Shown here: one piece after another, positions 63,355 through 64,000 of the stretch | How the letters are laid out: each line of letters opens with the position of its first letter | Numbering within the stretch: position 1 is the stretch's first letter | Assembly: GCA_945831575.1 (NCBI GenBank) | Contig: CAMACX010000006.1 | Coordinates: forward strand, 3,135-67,134 | Source of the DNA: an uncultured Mediterranea sp. | GTDB taxonomy: Bacteria > Bacteroidota > Bacteroidia > Bacteroidales > Bacteroidaceae | Length of the DNA stretch: 64,000 nt | Reading direction: 5' to 3' | The notes under the pieces: generated by a model | Databases searched by the model: none | Told to the model about the DNA's origin: nothing | The model's input: the letters and a program-made list of their open reading frames with translations, nothing else | Program-made: the position numbers and the translations under genes

Positions 63355-64000
63355 TTACTGCGTGAGGATTTCGTTGCCCGTCTCGGTAATCAGCACCTGA
63401 CTCTCCCATTGAGCCGAGGGCAGTCCATCATCAGTCAGTACCGTCCAACCGTCCGCCTCGTCAATGTAGATTTCCTTGGTGCCCATGTTAATCATCGGCT
63501 CAATGGTGAAGGTCATGCCCGGTACGAGCAACATACCTGCTCCACGCCGGCCCACATGCTCCACGGTAGGCTCCTCGTGGAACTTAATGCCACAGCCATG
63601 TCCACAGTATTCACGCACCACATTGTAGCCGTTACTCTCCGCATGTTGCTGGATCACGGCACCTATATCTCCCAACCGGGCCCAGGGCTGAGCAGCCTGA
63701 ATACCCAGATCACGGCATTCGCGTGCCACCTCCACAAGACGGCGCACCTCGGGCTTCACCTCGCCAATCATGAACATACGCGAGGCATCGCTGTAATAGC
63801 CCTTGTAGATTGTCGAGACATCCACGTTGACAATATCCCCACTCTTCAGAATCTCCTTAGGAGAGGGTATGCCATGACACACCACCTCATTGATACTCGT
63901 ACAGACACTCTTGGGGTAGCCCTCGTAGAGGAAATCGGCAGGTATAGCATCATGGTCAGTAGTAAAAGCATAGACCATGTGGTCAATCTCCGAAGTGGGC
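63355..64000 (-). CDS. map: Type I methionine aminopeptidase (N-terminus lies beyond the window end)
   Basis: MetAP blocks VCHGIP, DIVNVD, GHGCG and FTIEP. The reading frame is open to position 64000. Confidence 0.85.
   Translation of the reverse strand, partial: PTSEIDHMVYAFTTDHDAIPADFLYEGYPKSVCTSINEVVCHGIPSPKEILKSGDIVNVDVSTIYKGYYSDASRMFMIGEVKPEVRRLVEVARECRDLGIQAAQPWARLGDIGAVIQQHAESNGYNVVREYCGHGCGIKFHEEPTVEHVGRRGAGMLLVPGMTFTIEPMINMGTKEIYIDEADGWTVLTDDGLPSAQWESQVLITETGNEILTQ

Noticed and set aside
1-64000. I looked for tRNA, rRNA, tmRNA (next to smpB) and riboswitches (B12 upstream of metH; lysine, glutamine or T-box-like leaders).
   Set aside because: I saw no cloverleaf-like T-loop or anticodon-arm pattern in any intergenic spacer. 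smpB and metH are separated by only 19 nt. The lysS and GSIII leaders are short and unstructured. This was a visual scan only, so tRNAscan or Rfam should confirm it.

Overview
This is a chromosomal segment of a GC-rich Bacteroidota genome that looks Prevotella-like. The taxonomic guess is inference from four things: Bacteroidota-type TAnnTTTG -7 promoter boxes in front of many genes, a type III glutamine synthetase, the DapL variant of lysine biosynthesis, and a long NagB fused to an LmbE-like domain.

Most of the window is housekeeping:
- Central metabolism and translation: lysS-gpsA-pgi and a lactonase.
- Nitrogen assimilation: GSIII plus a porin / P-II / Amt operon.
- Lysine and amino-acid functions: dapL-dapF, smpB, metH, rmuC, map.
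- Three peptidase genes: DPP-IV, a C69 dipeptidase and PepC.
- Amino-sugar use: nagA-nagB plus a large amidase-like exported protein.
- Others: a sulfatase and a YgiQ radical-SAM operon.

Accessory content:
1. A low-GC gene at the left edge with SauUSI-like architecture (PLD nuclease, helicase, C-terminal reader domain). I read it as a putative type IV restriction enzyme.
2. A roughly 10 kb mosaic island at 30.0-39.9 kb. It holds umuDC, an intact IS1595-family element with perfect inverted repeats and a target-site duplication, and a degraded prophage or polyvalent-protein remnant. The remnant carries an HU-like gene, an orphan N6A-type methyltransferase and a MuF-domain protein with a compositionally foreign C-terminal module followed by a small ORF. 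It also carries a tail-chaperone G/GT pair, a truncated tape-measure gene and an Rpn/PD-(D/E)XK gene.
3. A gene-decay patch at 41.3-43.1 kb.

My best candidates for something new are two:
- The MuF-toxin-like cassette, together with an antisense promoter plus hairpin and a promoter-equipped 44-aa hydrophobic ORF placed antisense between the tail genes.
- Short tandem-repeat arrays with periods of 7, 11, 12, 17, 20 and 22 bp that fill many intergenic spacers. Two unrelated genes carry the same GTAGCTY heptamer array as their 5' leader.

I found no rRNA, tRNA or CRISPR array. All functional calls come from motifs I recognised by eye; no database search was run.
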